DNA from: Candidatus Cloacimonadales bacterium
Lineage (GTDB): Bacteria; Cloacimonadota; Cloacimonadia; Cloacimonadales; JAFGVF01
NCBI GenBank assembly: GCA_963678315.1
Contig: OY782781.1
Span: forward strand, 1,216,001 to 1,280,000
Direction of reading: 5' to 3'
Length of the DNA: 64,000 nt
The notes under the pieces were generated by a model. That model was not told the origin of the DNA. It worked only from the letters and a program-made list of their open reading frames with translations, and made no database searches. The translations under genes were made by a program, and so were the position numbers. Shown piece by piece: positions 52,763 through 62,622 of this stretch (positions are counted from its first letter, which is position 1; each line of letters begins with the position of its first letter).

Positions 52763-53503
52763 TTATAACAGAACACCTTCTACTAGAGCGTAAGCAAGTA
52801 TCGCTATTACAACAAGGATAATTATAGATCCGTACATTAGCACATAAGAGATGATTGCTTTGAGATAAGACCACACACTTTTTGCATTATAGAATTGTCC
52901 AATAGCCCAAGTAATGTAGACAAGTCCAATGCCATGAATGAAACTTCTCAGTTCTACTTTAAAGATATTTGAGCCTAAGCTTAGTATGGATTCCATTAAA
53001 GTGGAGTAGGCTACAGCGTAGATGTATAACACTAAAGTTTCATAATAGTTGTATTTTGTCTTTCTAAAGAGTAATCTTAGCCAAAAAGAAGAAATTAAAG
53101 CTAAGACTAGGTTCATATATCCATAGTTTTGCTCAAGCCAATTCAAAGCCTTTTTAACTACCTCAAATTGATTGTCTTCAAGTATAAAATCATTGCTTAA
53201 AGTTGTATTCTGAGAAATTATGGTATATATAAGAGAGCAAAAGAAAAGAAATATTATTGGCTTTTGAAGCTTTGTCCTGTCAGTAGTGATATAATTATTG
53301 ATAGCCTTACCAGGTCTAATACTCAGTTCTCTTATTGTGTAAAGTAAACCACTATCTTGATTAAATAGCTGACTAAACTCCTTAAAGATGAACTTACTAT
53401 TTATTCGCTCCAATTTAGCAGGAGTTCCACACTTTGGGCAAAAATTCTGTTCTACTTCTTCTGCACATTTTCTACAAATCATCTTAGATCTTTCATTCTT
53501 CAT
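52763..53503 (-). CDS. DUF3667-like membrane protein with N-terminal zinc ribbon
   Basis: CRKC...FCPKCG, L..RPG..I..Y....R.....P, followed by TM helices. Confidence 0.75.
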   Translation of the reverse strand: MKNERSKMICRKCAEEVEQNFCPKCGTPAKLERINSKFIFKEFSQLFNQDSGLLYTIRELSIRPGKAINNYITTDRTKLQKPIIFLFFCSLIYTIISQNTTLSNDFILEDNQFEVVKKALNWLEQNYGYMNLVLALISSFWLRLLFRKTKYNYYETLVLYIYAVAYSTLMESILSLGSNIFKVELRSFIHGIGLVYITWAIGQFYNAKSVWSYLKAIISYVLMYGSIIILVVIAILAYALVEGVLL

Positions 53504-53667
53504 TTGTGTAAGTTTATCAATTCAGAAAAAATAAACTAATAAAGCTTCTCTTTTATAAGTCAAGCAAAAAAGAAACTCTTTATATATTCACCCTTAACTT
53601 TTTACCCTTAATCCTTCTTTATCAGTGTTTTTATCTTTCACTTTTCATTTTTCATTTTTCATTATGC

Positions 53668-53969
53668 CGTCCCTTCGGGACTAAATAGCAAATAAGTCAA
53701 CTATCCACGAATTGCACTAATAAACACGAATAAAGGAATATCAAAAACATATTTAACACAAAGACACAAAAAAACACTAAAGAACAAAATCCAGTTCCTA
53801 AACAATTAAACTCTTCAAGCTCTAAACTCTTAAACATTCTTATCATTTTAATCTGTTTAATCAGTGTTTTCAGTGTTCTATAGTCTTTCTCTTTTCATCT
53901 TTAATTTTTAATTATTAATTTATAAATGGCATCCCCGACGTGATTCGAACATGTGGCCTTTGTTCCGGA
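53668..53969 (+). repeat. About 300-bp direct repeat, copy 1 (includes tRNA-Arg 3' half at 53927-53969)
   Basis: Near-identical to 60389-60708, from CGTCCCTTCGGGACTAAATAGC to TTTGTTCCGGA. Confidence 0.93.
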
Positions 53970-54279
53970 ATAAGCCAGTATTTTCTATCATGTTTATTGG
54001 TAATATTTTAGGAAAGGAGATAATCTATTGCATGACGTGAGAAGGACGTGAGGGAGGTCTGGATTGGGATGTTTTTTTTGTTTGAAAAGAGATAAAACTT
54101 ATTGTAATTTTATATAAAATATCAATGATGTACTCCACTCTTCTTGAGAGGGGTCTTGTATTGGATTCTTTTAATGAAGAGGGTTAATCTTTAGCTAAAT
54201 ACTTTTTTAGAAAAAAGAGTCTTGAACAAATCAAGACTCTTAATGTTTTAACTATAATAGATTTTGTTAAATTACTGGT

Positions 54280-55482
54280 TTAAGCGTATGCGTCTTCGCT
54301 ATGAAGGGCTTTATCAAGTCCATCTTTTTCATGTTCTTCAGAAACACGAACGCATACAATTTTATTAATTACCCATAACATAGCATAAGTAAATAGATAA
54401 GCATAAATAGCACAACCGATAGTTGTTACAACTTGTTTGAAGAAGAAGCTAGTTTCTCCGTAGATAAGTCCATCTCCAGTGGCGGGGTTAAGAGCTGAAC
54501 TTGAAAAAACACCTAGGAGAATGGTTCCGATAAAACCACCCATTCCATGTACTCCCCAAACATCGAGAGCATCGTCCCATTTAAGCTTATTTTTGAGAGC
54601 AACAGCATAATAGCAACCTACACCAGAAGCGACACCAATAATAGCTGCAGCCCAAACTGGTACAAATCCAGCAGCAGGAGTAATGGTAGCAAGTCCTGCT
54701 ACGGCACCAGTCATTAAGCCGACAAACTTAGGTTTTCTTTCTTTTCTCCACTCGATTATAAGCCAGGTAACAGTTGCGAATGAAGCAGCAATGTCTGTGT
54801 TAAGAAAAGCTTGAGCAGTAATGTGGTCAACTTGAAGCTCACTTCCAGCATTGAAACCGTACCAACCAAACCATAGCAATCCAGTACCTATAGCAACTAA
54901 AGGAATACTATTGGGTTTTGGATTTTTATTCTTTCTTTCTCCAACAAAGATAACTGAGGCTAAAGCAGCAAAACCAGCAGTTACATGAACTACAATTCCA
55001 CCAGCAAAGTCTCTAACTCCCCATTCAGCTAATATTCCTCCACCCCAAACCATGTGTACGAATGGGTAATAGACAAATATCTGCCAAGCTATTAAGAAAA
55101 GGATATAGGCTTTAAATGAAACTCTGCCAGTGAAGGCACCAGTAATAAGTGCTGGTGTAATGATGGCAAACATCATTTGATACGCTATGAATACAAATTC
55201 GGGAATCAAACCATCACCAAATGGTGTGGTTGCACTAACTCCCATTAGGAACATCTTATCTAGATTTCCAATGATAGCTCCATCTCCACTAAAGCAAAGT
55301 GAATATCCCACAGTAAACCATAGTATTGTGGTAATTCCTAGTGAAACGAAGCTTTGAATCATGATGCCGAGGATGTTTCGCTTAGAAGCTAATCCTCCAT
55401 AAAAGAATGCTAATCCTGGAGTCATTAGCATAACTAAACTAGTAGCTACAAGCATAAAGCCTGTTGAGCCTGTGTTGAACAT
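54280..55482 (-). CDS. amt: Ammonium transporter
   Basis: MTPGLAFFYGG, QMMFAIIT, DFAGGIVVH, LWFGWYGFNAGS, DDALDVWGVHG. Confidence 0.96.
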   Translation of the reverse strand: MFNTGSTGFMLVATSLVMLMTPGLAFFYGGLASKRNILGIMIQSFVSLGITTILWFTVGYSLCFSGDGAIIGNLDKMFLMGVSATTPFGDGLIPEFVFIAYQMMFAIITPALITGAFTGRVSFKAYILFLIAWQIFVYYPFVHMVWGGGILAEWGVRDFAGGIVVHVTAGFAALASVIFVGERKNKNPKPNSIPLVAIGTGLLWFGWYGFNAGSELQVDHITAQAFLNTDIAASFATVTWLIIEWRKERKPKFVGLMTGAVAGLATITPAAGFVPVWAAAIIGVASGVGCYYAVALKNKLKWDDALDVWGVHGMGGFIGTILLGVFSSSALNPATGDGLIYGETSFFFKQVVTTIGCAIYAYLFTYAMLWVINKIVCVRVSEEHEKDGLDKALHSEDAYA

Positions 55483-55898
55483 ATGTTCCTCCAATTATTA
55501 TAACCTAGAATAGTATCATATCTCTTCAATTAACCTTAATGATGCCATAGACTTTTTTTGAAGAGTAAAATTCTAGTTAAAGAATATATAGTTATTCATT
55601 AAATTCTATTGCACTATTTAATTTTAGAAGAGATTCAAATAATAACATAGTTCTTAAAGTAATCATTTTCATCAAAAGGAATTGCTCTTTGGCTCGACTT
55701 ATGACTAGGAAAACTACCGCTAAACTCTGCCATTGTTCTATCTTGCGAAAATACAGATTCTAAGTGCTTTAACTATGCTTTACTAACTTTGGTGCATAGT
55801 TATCAGCTCCAGACATAATTTTTACTTGCCAGAAAAAGTCAAGAGATAGATTTTTGTATTAACTATTCTAGATTTTGTAAAAAATAATTGAGAGGATT

Positions 55899-57734
55899 AT
55901 GAATTTACAGCATATGAAAATGCAAATTCTGGAACTAGGATTACTTATCTTATCTGCTTATATATTCGGACTTATTGCTCGAAAAGTTAAGGTTGGAGAA
56001 GTGATAGGACAAATCTTTGGCGGGATTATTGTCGGACCACACTTCTTAGAACTTATACATAAAGTGTTAGAAAAGTTTTCCTCTTTGCATAATTTTAAGA
56101 TACTTAAACCTATCTATCATTTTTACAATTCTGAATTTCAAGAATATAGTGAAATTCTTGAAAGTTACCACTTCTTTGTATTTCTTTTCTTAGGAATGAT
56201 TGCCTTTTCATTAGGAGAAGAGCTACATAGAGATAGATTACGTCAAGTTGGATTCAAAGCTGTCCTAATATGCCTGATTCAAGGGGCTTTAACCTTTGCA
56301 ATAATATCAGTAGGTTTTAGATATGTTTTCCATTTTGAATGGATAAACTCTCTGATAATCGGGTCAATCGGAATAGCAACTGCTCCAGCCTTAACGTTTA
56401 TCTTAATGTCTAAGTTGAAAATTACTGGATCTTTGAAGAATATTCTCGCAAATATAGTTGTTCTTGATGATATCATGGAAGTTGTCTTCTTTTCAGTATT
56501 TTTAGGCATTGCAACTGCAAAGCAAAATGGTGAGCACTTAGCAGTCGGTCACCTCGCAATGCATGTTGGAATGGAATTACTATTAGCAACTATAATTGGC
56601 TTAGTAATTTTCTTGGTGTTTAAATTTACTGTAAAAGAGAGAGCCTCAGAAGAAGATATTAAAACTGATGATAGCTCATTTTTATCGACTGTGTTATCTG
56701 ATCATCCAACACCATCAGTTGAGATTATGTTAATTATGGTAGGTGTTATTGCAATAGGTATATCTATCGCTATACATTTTAATCTACCATTCTTAATTAC
56801 AGCTGTTGTTGCAGGATTTCTTATATCCAATTTTCATCATAACGCGATCTTTGAATCACTTAAAATTGAAAATGTAATGCCTATATTCAATCTGTTGTTC
56901 TTCGCAATAATTGGAGCAAGTGTAAGAATTGATTCTTTTACTTCTGATACATTGCTTCTTGCTCTAGGGTATATTGTGCTTAGATCATTCGGTAAGCTAT
57001 TTGGTAACTGGCTAGGAGCAAAAGCAACTAAACAGGATCCAAAAATTGTAGCAGCACTGCCTAAATTAATGCTTCCACAAGCCGGAATGGCTGCTGTTGA
57101 AACTATTCTTGTTGCTACTATTCTAGCTAAAAGTGGTGGTTTTACAATCTTTAATACAGTTATACCTGCATTGATAGTTTTTGAATTAGGTGGTGCTTAC
57201 CTCTCTGAAAGAACTCTAATTAAATGGAAAAGTTGGATTGTTGGCGAGAAAGAAGCTCTGCAATCAAAAACTCCAAACAATGAATTCTCTTTAAATGAGA
57301 TGTTAGGTAACCGAGTGTTTGAAATGATGGCTACAACCAAAGATGAAGCAATCTTTGAATTAGCTCAAACAATGGTGAAGAATAACGTTATAAATGAAAC
57401 CTCAGAGATTACCTTCGCTATATCTGAAAGAGAAAAGCTAGGTAGTACAGGCATAGGCAATGGAATAGCAATACCACACTGTAGAATCTCAGGTATTGAT
57501 AAACCTGTGATTACTTGTGGTCTGCTAAAACATAGTATTGACTGGCAAGCACAAGATAAACAAGATATAAGCTTGTTATTCCTAATTCTATCTCCCGATG
57601 ATAAACCTGCTTATCACCTAAAAGCGGTTAGAACTATAGCAGCAACCATATCTAAGAATTTAGACTTAAAAGAAAAATTACTTAACGCTGTAAAAAGCAG
57701 AGATATTGAATCCTCTATTTTAGAATTGATTTAA
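55899..57734 (+). CDS. Cation:proton antiporter fused to PTS EIIA (paralog of 10109-11980)
   Basis: Same architecture and long shared motifs (HPTPSVEI, NVMPIFNL, PKLMLPQA, GGAYLSERTL), EIIA GIAIPH. Confidence 0.88.
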   Translation: MNLQHMKMQILELGLLILSAYIFGLIARKVKVGEVIGQIFGGIIVGPHFLELIHKVLEKFSSLHNFKILKPIYHFYNSEFQEYSEILESYHFFVFLFLGMIAFSLGEELHRDRLRQVGFKAVLICLIQGALTFAIISVGFRYVFHFEWINSLIIGSIGIATAPALTFILMSKLKITGSLKNILANIVVLDDIMEVVFFSVFLGIATAKQNGEHLAVGHLAMHVGMELLLATIIGLVIFLVFKFTVKERASEEDIKTDDSSFLSTVLSDHPTPSVEIMLIMVGVIAIGISIAIHFNLPFLITAVVAGFLISNFHHNAIFESLKIENVMPIFNLLFFAIIGASVRIDSFTSDTLLLALGYIVLRSFGKLFGNWLGAKATKQDPKIVAALPKLMLPQAGMAAVETILVATILAKSGGFTIFNTVIPALIVFELGGAYLSERTLIKWKSWIVGEKEALQSKTPNNEFSLNEMLGNRVFEMMATTKDEAIFELAQTMVKNNVINETSEITFAISEREKLGSTGIGNGIAIPHCRISGIDKPVITCGLLKHSIDWQAQDKQDISLLFLILSPDDKPAYHLKAVRTIAATISKNLDLKEKLLNAVKSRDIESSILELI

Positions 57735-57902
57735 TTAATCTCAGAAATATTAGCAAGGTCTAAAGCAAAGTAGACCTTGCTTATTTTACTGGACTTATTC
57801 ATCTCTCCATAGATAATAGGTAGATTACCTTTTCTAATTTGACACAGGCTTTTTAACAATATTATAGAATTAGTAAATGTAAGATAATAAAATGGAGTAC
57901 TT

Positions 57903-58208
57903 ATGAAGTTACCAAAAATAGAAATTAATGAGCATGATCTACATGAAATTATTAAAGATTATGAGGTTGAAGAGTTTTATCTCTTTGGTTCAATATTACG
58001 GGAAGATTTCACTAAGGATAGTGATGTTGATGTTTTAATTTCTTTTAAGCAAAACTCTAATTACTCTCTATTTGATATTATGGATTTGCAAGAAAGACTG
58101 GAAAAGTACTTCAATAAAAAAGTTGATTTAGTGGAGAAAGAAGGGCTTAAAAATCCATACCGAAGAAAAGAGATTTTATCTACTGCTAGAAGGGTTTATG
58201 TTAATTAG
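57903..58208 (+). CDS. Minimal nucleotidyltransferase (MNT antitoxin-like)
   Basis: LFGS..R.D....SDVDVL and KVDLV motifs. Confidence 0.88.
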   Translation: MKLPKIEINEHDLHEIIKDYEVEEFYLFGSILREDFTKDSDVDVLISFKQNSNYSLFDIMDLQERLEKYFNKKVDLVEKEGLKNPYRRKEILSTARRVYVN

Positions 58209-58559
58209 TGACAAAGATAAGGTTTAATATAAGCTATTTCTCTTTCAGAACATAATAGGTAGATGAATCAGAACGCTTTCGAACTATAAGTCCCTCATCA
58301 GTCATTTCAGTAAGAATATGATATGTCTCTGTATTGTCTAGATCAACTAGTGAGCATGCATCTATAATTGTTATTTTTGTTATTTTATTGATATTCAATC
58401 AATTACAGCAAGCCAGAAAGATTAGTAATAATGACCCTATAGATTAGGAAAAAGGTGATTTATGAATATATAGCAAAAGTCACCCAATAGGTGACCTTTC
58501 CAATATAATTTATTTATAGATCTATAAATAAATATTTTATTAAAGTTCTTATTTATCAT

Positions 58560-58919
58560 CTAAACGTAGTTTCTTACAAATTCGTAGTAACCTCTTCTAC
58601 CATCACTTGAATGTAACTTTACTGATTTCTTTACTTTTTCAAGACATTTCACATAATCTTTTAGTGTGATCTGTTTGGTTTCATCTATTCTCTCTTTTCC
58701 TAATACCACGCAATGATCTATAACATTTTTAGTATCTAAATCTTCTATAACTTTTTCATTACGAGCATAGCCATACTCTTTTTTAATTGCAATTATAGCA
58801 TTATCCAAAGCGAAAACCATTTTTATATCAGTTAACTCTTCATTAAATTCATATATTACTTTTAGTCCATGTTCAATGTTATTAAGTATATCTAAGTATT
58901 TATCTGTAAAATTTACCAT
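58560..58919 (-). CDS. Hypothetical protein
   Basis: ORF with GGAG RBS. No recognised motif. Confidence 0.65.
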   Translation of the reverse strand: MVNFTDKYLDILNNIEHGLKVIYEFNEELTDIKMVFALDNAIIAIKKEYGYARNEKVIEDLDTKNVIDHCVVLGKERIDETKQITLKDYVKCLEKVKKSVKLHSSDGRRGYYEFVRNYV

Positions 58920-58962
58920 TGTTTTATCTCCATTTTATATTTAAATTATTTACTATCTCTTC

Positions 58963-59275
58963 CTAAGGCACATAATAAGTAGACCTAGCTCACCCTTTTT
59001 TAACTATAAGGTCCTCTTGATTCCTTTGAACAAGAATATTTTATGTCTTGGAGTTATCAAGACTAATTATGCTACTAGCTTCTTTTCTTGTTATTTTATT
59101 ATTATCTAGAATATAAAAATAAACGTTTTTTGCTGTTCACTTAATCGTTCGTAATCGTCCGGTCTGGTTGATTTCATTCACATATGTTTTATTGTTTTCT
59201 TTAACTGAACGATACAATCTAACTTCAAAGAAATCATTTTCTTGATAATCTCCGGTGGTCTTAATTTAAAAATGA
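58963..59275 (-). pseudogene. Remnant C-terminus of an AlbA/HATPase-wHTH-type DNA-binding protein
   Basis: Broken frames give LRPPE..ENDFFEVRLYR and LSEQQK..YILDNNKITRKEASSII...LIVKKG*ARSTYY, with stops and frameshifts. Confidence 0.55.
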
Positions 59276-59297
59276 AAAGCAAACTTTATTATTCTAT

Positions 59298-59699
59298 TTA
59301 TACAGATTTCAGAAATTCTTGAATTATCGGGGCTCTTTCAATAGCATATTCATAGCTTTCGATTACACTATTAAGTGTTTTCTCATTAGATATGGCCATA
59401 TGATATGATCTTAAGCAAACACCTTCACAGAACGACCCAATATTTATCGTCATATTTAGCTTACCAATCTTTCGATACTCACCACCTTCAGGTAAGCTCT
59501 CTTTTAGCTTACAGTATTCTTTCCAATTTTCACGAAATGCTTCTACATAATTTTGTACTCTATTCCCTGGAATACTTACAAACGTACCATTATACCTAAG
59601 ATCTGGTCCTGAAAAATAGTATGAAATTTCCCACGATTCATTAGTTACTTTTAGTTCTCCCTTAAAAGGTAATTTTTCAACGTAAGTTCCTCTTTTCAT
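59298..59699 (-). CDS. Hypothetical protein
   Basis: ORF with GGAGGAG RBS. No recognised family. Confidence 0.65.
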   Translation of the reverse strand: MKRGTYVEKLPFKGELKVTNESWEISYYFSGPDLRYNGTFVSIPGNRVQNYVEAFRENWKEYCKLKESLPEGGEYRKIGKLNMTINIGSFCEGVCLRSYHMAISNEKTLNSVIESYEYAIERAPIIQEFLKSV

Positions 59700-59959
59700 T
59701 ACTCCTCCAATAAGTTTTTATATAGTAGATCAGAACATATTCATTAAGTCAAGAGTTATTTGCCCAAAACTCGATTGGTCAATAAGCTCTAGTGATCGAT
59801 GATTTTCGTTCGAACTAGGAGATTGCTTAGAAAAAATAATTCAAAAGTGCTTCTAATTTAAGAAAAGTGTGCACATTAAATTTATATAGGGTTTTCTTTG
59901 TTAGACTTGTCATCAGTTAAATCTATCATTATAAATTAAAAATTGTTAATTGCAAATTC

Positions 59960-60388
59960 GTCCCGACATCCCCCACGATTGAAATCATGGGCTCTGAAGA
60001 GATATGTCCTTTCAGGACAATGCAAGGTCTTTGTGTAAGCATGAACTTTCTGTTCAACCTATCGGTGGATGCTTACACTCCATTATTATCTGGTGCGCAA
60101 GCATCTTGCTTGCTATTGGATCTCTGGATGCTTACACTCCATTAGCATCAGACAGAATTTGTCTGAGCTGGACTAAAAATCTATAGTTAAAAGAGGTATA
60201 ATCGAATTGTTTCATTTTTCATTTTTAATTTGTCATTTGTTTTATCATTATGTCGTCCTATTACTTAATTCAACATTCACTTTCTATTTAAATCTATACC
60301 GTCCCTTCGGGACTCAAACCTTTTATATCATTGAACATGGGGTGCAAGACTCAGTCAAAGCCTGACACGGCCCTGGCTTAGTACATGA
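59960..60388. repeat. REP-like palindrome cluster
   Basis: Two copies of GGATGCTTACACTCCA and GCAAGCATCTTGCTTGC. 60300-60340 is an inverted copy of about 18232-18272. Confidence 0.75.
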
Positions 60389-60708
60389 CGTCCCTTCGGG
60401 ACTAAATAGCAAATAAGTCAACTATCCACGAATTGTACTAATAAACACGAATAAAGAATACCAAAAACATATTAAACACAAAGACATAAAAAAACACTAA
60501 AGAACAAAATCCAGACCCTAAACAATTAAACTCTTCAACATCTAAACTCTTAAACATTCTTATCATTTTAATCTGTTTAATCAGTGTTTTCAGTGTTCTT
60601 CCGTCTATGCCGGACTAAAGATTTTTCACTTTTCATTTTTAAATGTAAATTATTAATTTATAAATGGTATCCCCGATGCGATTTGAACGCACGGCCTTTT
60701 GTTCCGGA
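60389..60708 (+). repeat. About 300-bp direct repeat, copy 2
   Basis: Near-identical to 53668-53969, with a short insertion near 60600-60620. Confidence 0.93.
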
Positions 60709-60741
60709 GACAAACGCTCTATCCAACTGAGCTACGGGGAC
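60665..60741 (-). tRNA. tRNA-Arg(CCG)
   Basis: GTCCCCGTAGCTCAGTTGGATAGAGCG-TTTGT-CTCCGGA-ACAAA...GTTCAAATC...CGGGGATACCA. Confidence 0.95.
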
Positions 60742-60874
60742 ACACTGAAATCATTCATACAATTTGAAGAATTTATGTCAAGCAAACTTCCGAGCTTGAA
60801 ATTTGCTTTTGCATAAGTAGAATTATTAATTAGATTATGAATAGTTTGAGTTATTATAAGAATAGGAGGAATTT

Positions 60875-62353
60875 ATGCCTAAAATCACTATAATTGGAGC
60901 TGGTCCTGGTGGCTTAACTAGTGCAATATTACTTCAACATCGAGGATTTGATGTAACAATTTATGAAAAGGATTCTATTCCAGGGGGACGAAATCAAGCA
61001 ATCCAGCTGGGTGATTATACTTTTGATACCGGTCCTACTTTCCTAATGATGAAATTCTTTTTAGAAGAGATCTTTCAGGAAACAGGTAGAGACATAGAAG
61101 ACTATTTAAAATTCTATGATTTAAATCCACTATACAGGTTGGTTTTTAAAGATAAAGAAATGCAACATTATCGTGAAGCAGAAAAGATGAAAGCAGAGAT
61201 AGAAAACTTGTTTCCTGGAGAATCTTCAGGTTATGATAAATTAATGGATTATGAATCTAGGAGATACCAAAGGTTATATCCTTGTTTAAAGAAAGATTAT
61301 TCCTATGCTAAGCGAATGGTCGAATCGGATTTACTTCATGCATTGCCGTATCTTCAACTTACAAAAACTATGTTTGGAGCATTAGGCTCATATTTTGATT
61401 CAGATGATTTGAAGATAGCATTCACTTTCCAGGCTAAATATTTAGGAATGTCACCGTGGAACTGTCCAGCTCTCTTCACAATGGTTCCCTATATTGAGCA
61501 TGAATATGGGATTTATCATGTTGAAGGAGGATTGAATAAAATCTCTTCTGCTATGGCAAAAGTGTTCGAAGAAGATGGGGGAGTCATTCATTACAATACT
61601 AAGGTGGCGAAACTTGTTACTGATGGTAAAAAGACAAAGGGGGTAGAATTAGAAAATGGTGAAATTATTGAAAGTGACGTTGTTATAATTAATTCTGATT
61701 TTGCTCATACATTCTCAAATATCTACAAACAATCCAAGAAGTATTCTCCTAAAAAATTGAAGGGGATGAAGTATTCTTGTTCTACATTTATGATGTATTT
61801 AGGCATTGATAAAATTTATGATATTCCTCATCATAATGTCTATTTTGCTGATGATTATAAGGCTAACATAGATGATATTACAGAATACAAAAGACTTGGG
61901 GAAGATTTTTCATTCTATGTGCAGAATGCTTCGATTACAGATGATACACTAGCTCCTCAGGGGCATTCTACAATCTATGTCCTCGTTCCTATTGCTAACA
62001 ATAAAAGTGGAATTAAGTGGGATGAGATTAAAGAGAAATATAGAAATGAAGTATTGGATAAGCTCAAGAATAGAGCTGGCTTAGAAGATATTGAAGACCA
62101 TATAGTCGAAGAGAAGCTAATAACGCCATTGGATTGGGAAAGAAATTATAATGTACACTTTGGAGCTACCTTTAATCTTGGGCACAATGTTTCACAAATG
62201 CTATATTTTAGACCTCATAATAAGTTCTCTGATCTAGATAACTGTTATCTAGTGGGAGGAGGAACACATCCAGGAAGCGGATTGCCTACTATCTATGAGT
62301 CTGGTAGAATTTCTGCTAGGTTGATATGTGAACAATATAGCAAGAAATACTGA
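60875..62353 (+). CDS. Phytoene desaturase family FAD oxidoreductase (CrtI/CrtN-like)
   Basis: IGAGPGG, FDTGPT, DDTLAP.G, GGGTHPGSGLP motifs. Confidence 0.88.
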   Translation: MPKITIIGAGPGGLTSAILLQHRGFDVTIYEKDSIPGGRNQAIQLGDYTFDTGPTFLMMKFFLEEIFQETGRDIEDYLKFYDLNPLYRLVFKDKEMQHYREAEKMKAEIENLFPGESSGYDKLMDYESRRYQRLYPCLKKDYSYAKRMVESDLLHALPYLQLTKTMFGALGSYFDSDDLKIAFTFQAKYLGMSPWNCPALFTMVPYIEHEYGIYHVEGGLNKISSAMAKVFEEDGGVIHYNTKVAKLVTDGKKTKGVELENGEIIESDVVIINSDFAHTFSNIYKQSKKYSPKKLKGMKYSCSTFMMYLGIDKIYDIPHHNVYFADDYKANIDDITEYKRLGEDFSFYVQNASITDDTLAPQGHSTIYVLVPIANNKSGIKWDEIKEKYRNEVLDKLKNRAGLEDIEDHIVEEKLITPLDWERNYNVHFGATFNLGHNVSQMLYFRPHNKFSDLDNCYLVGGGTHPGSGLPTIYESGRISARLICEQYSKKY

Positions 62354-62622
62354 TATTTAGGTAAGATTTAAAAAAACAGAGGATACGTATGGGGGTACGT
62401 GTCAAATTTTAGGCTAGAAAACTGTGTTGTAGAAGAAGGTTGAAAAGACTAAGTTTTTTAGTTCAAGATTTTTCTCATTTAGTGTTTATTAAATAACGTC
62501 CTTTTCAAATTCCTACTTGTTAAAATCCCTTGACTTTTTTAATAAAGTATGTTTTTTAGATAAAATGCAAAATTATGGGTAAAATCATGTAGAAGATGAT
62601 GAATATAAAGGATAAGAAACTA

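Larger units (their letters stand above)
47828..53926. mobile_element. Integrase-less genomic island 1 at tRNA-Arg(CCG)
   Basis: Bounded by two tRNA 3' fragments. Its left and right ends are homologous to those of the neighbouring island, and it carries accessory cargo. Confidence 0.65.
53970..60664. mobile_element. Integrase-less genomic island 2 at tRNA-Arg(CCG)
   Basis: Lies between the intact tRNA and a displaced anticodon-to-CCA fragment. GACGTGAG direct repeats near the left end. Confidence 0.7.

Noticed and set aside
60004..60186. 60-aa ORF in the track
   Set aside because: It lies entirely within REP-like repeats and has no convincing RBS.
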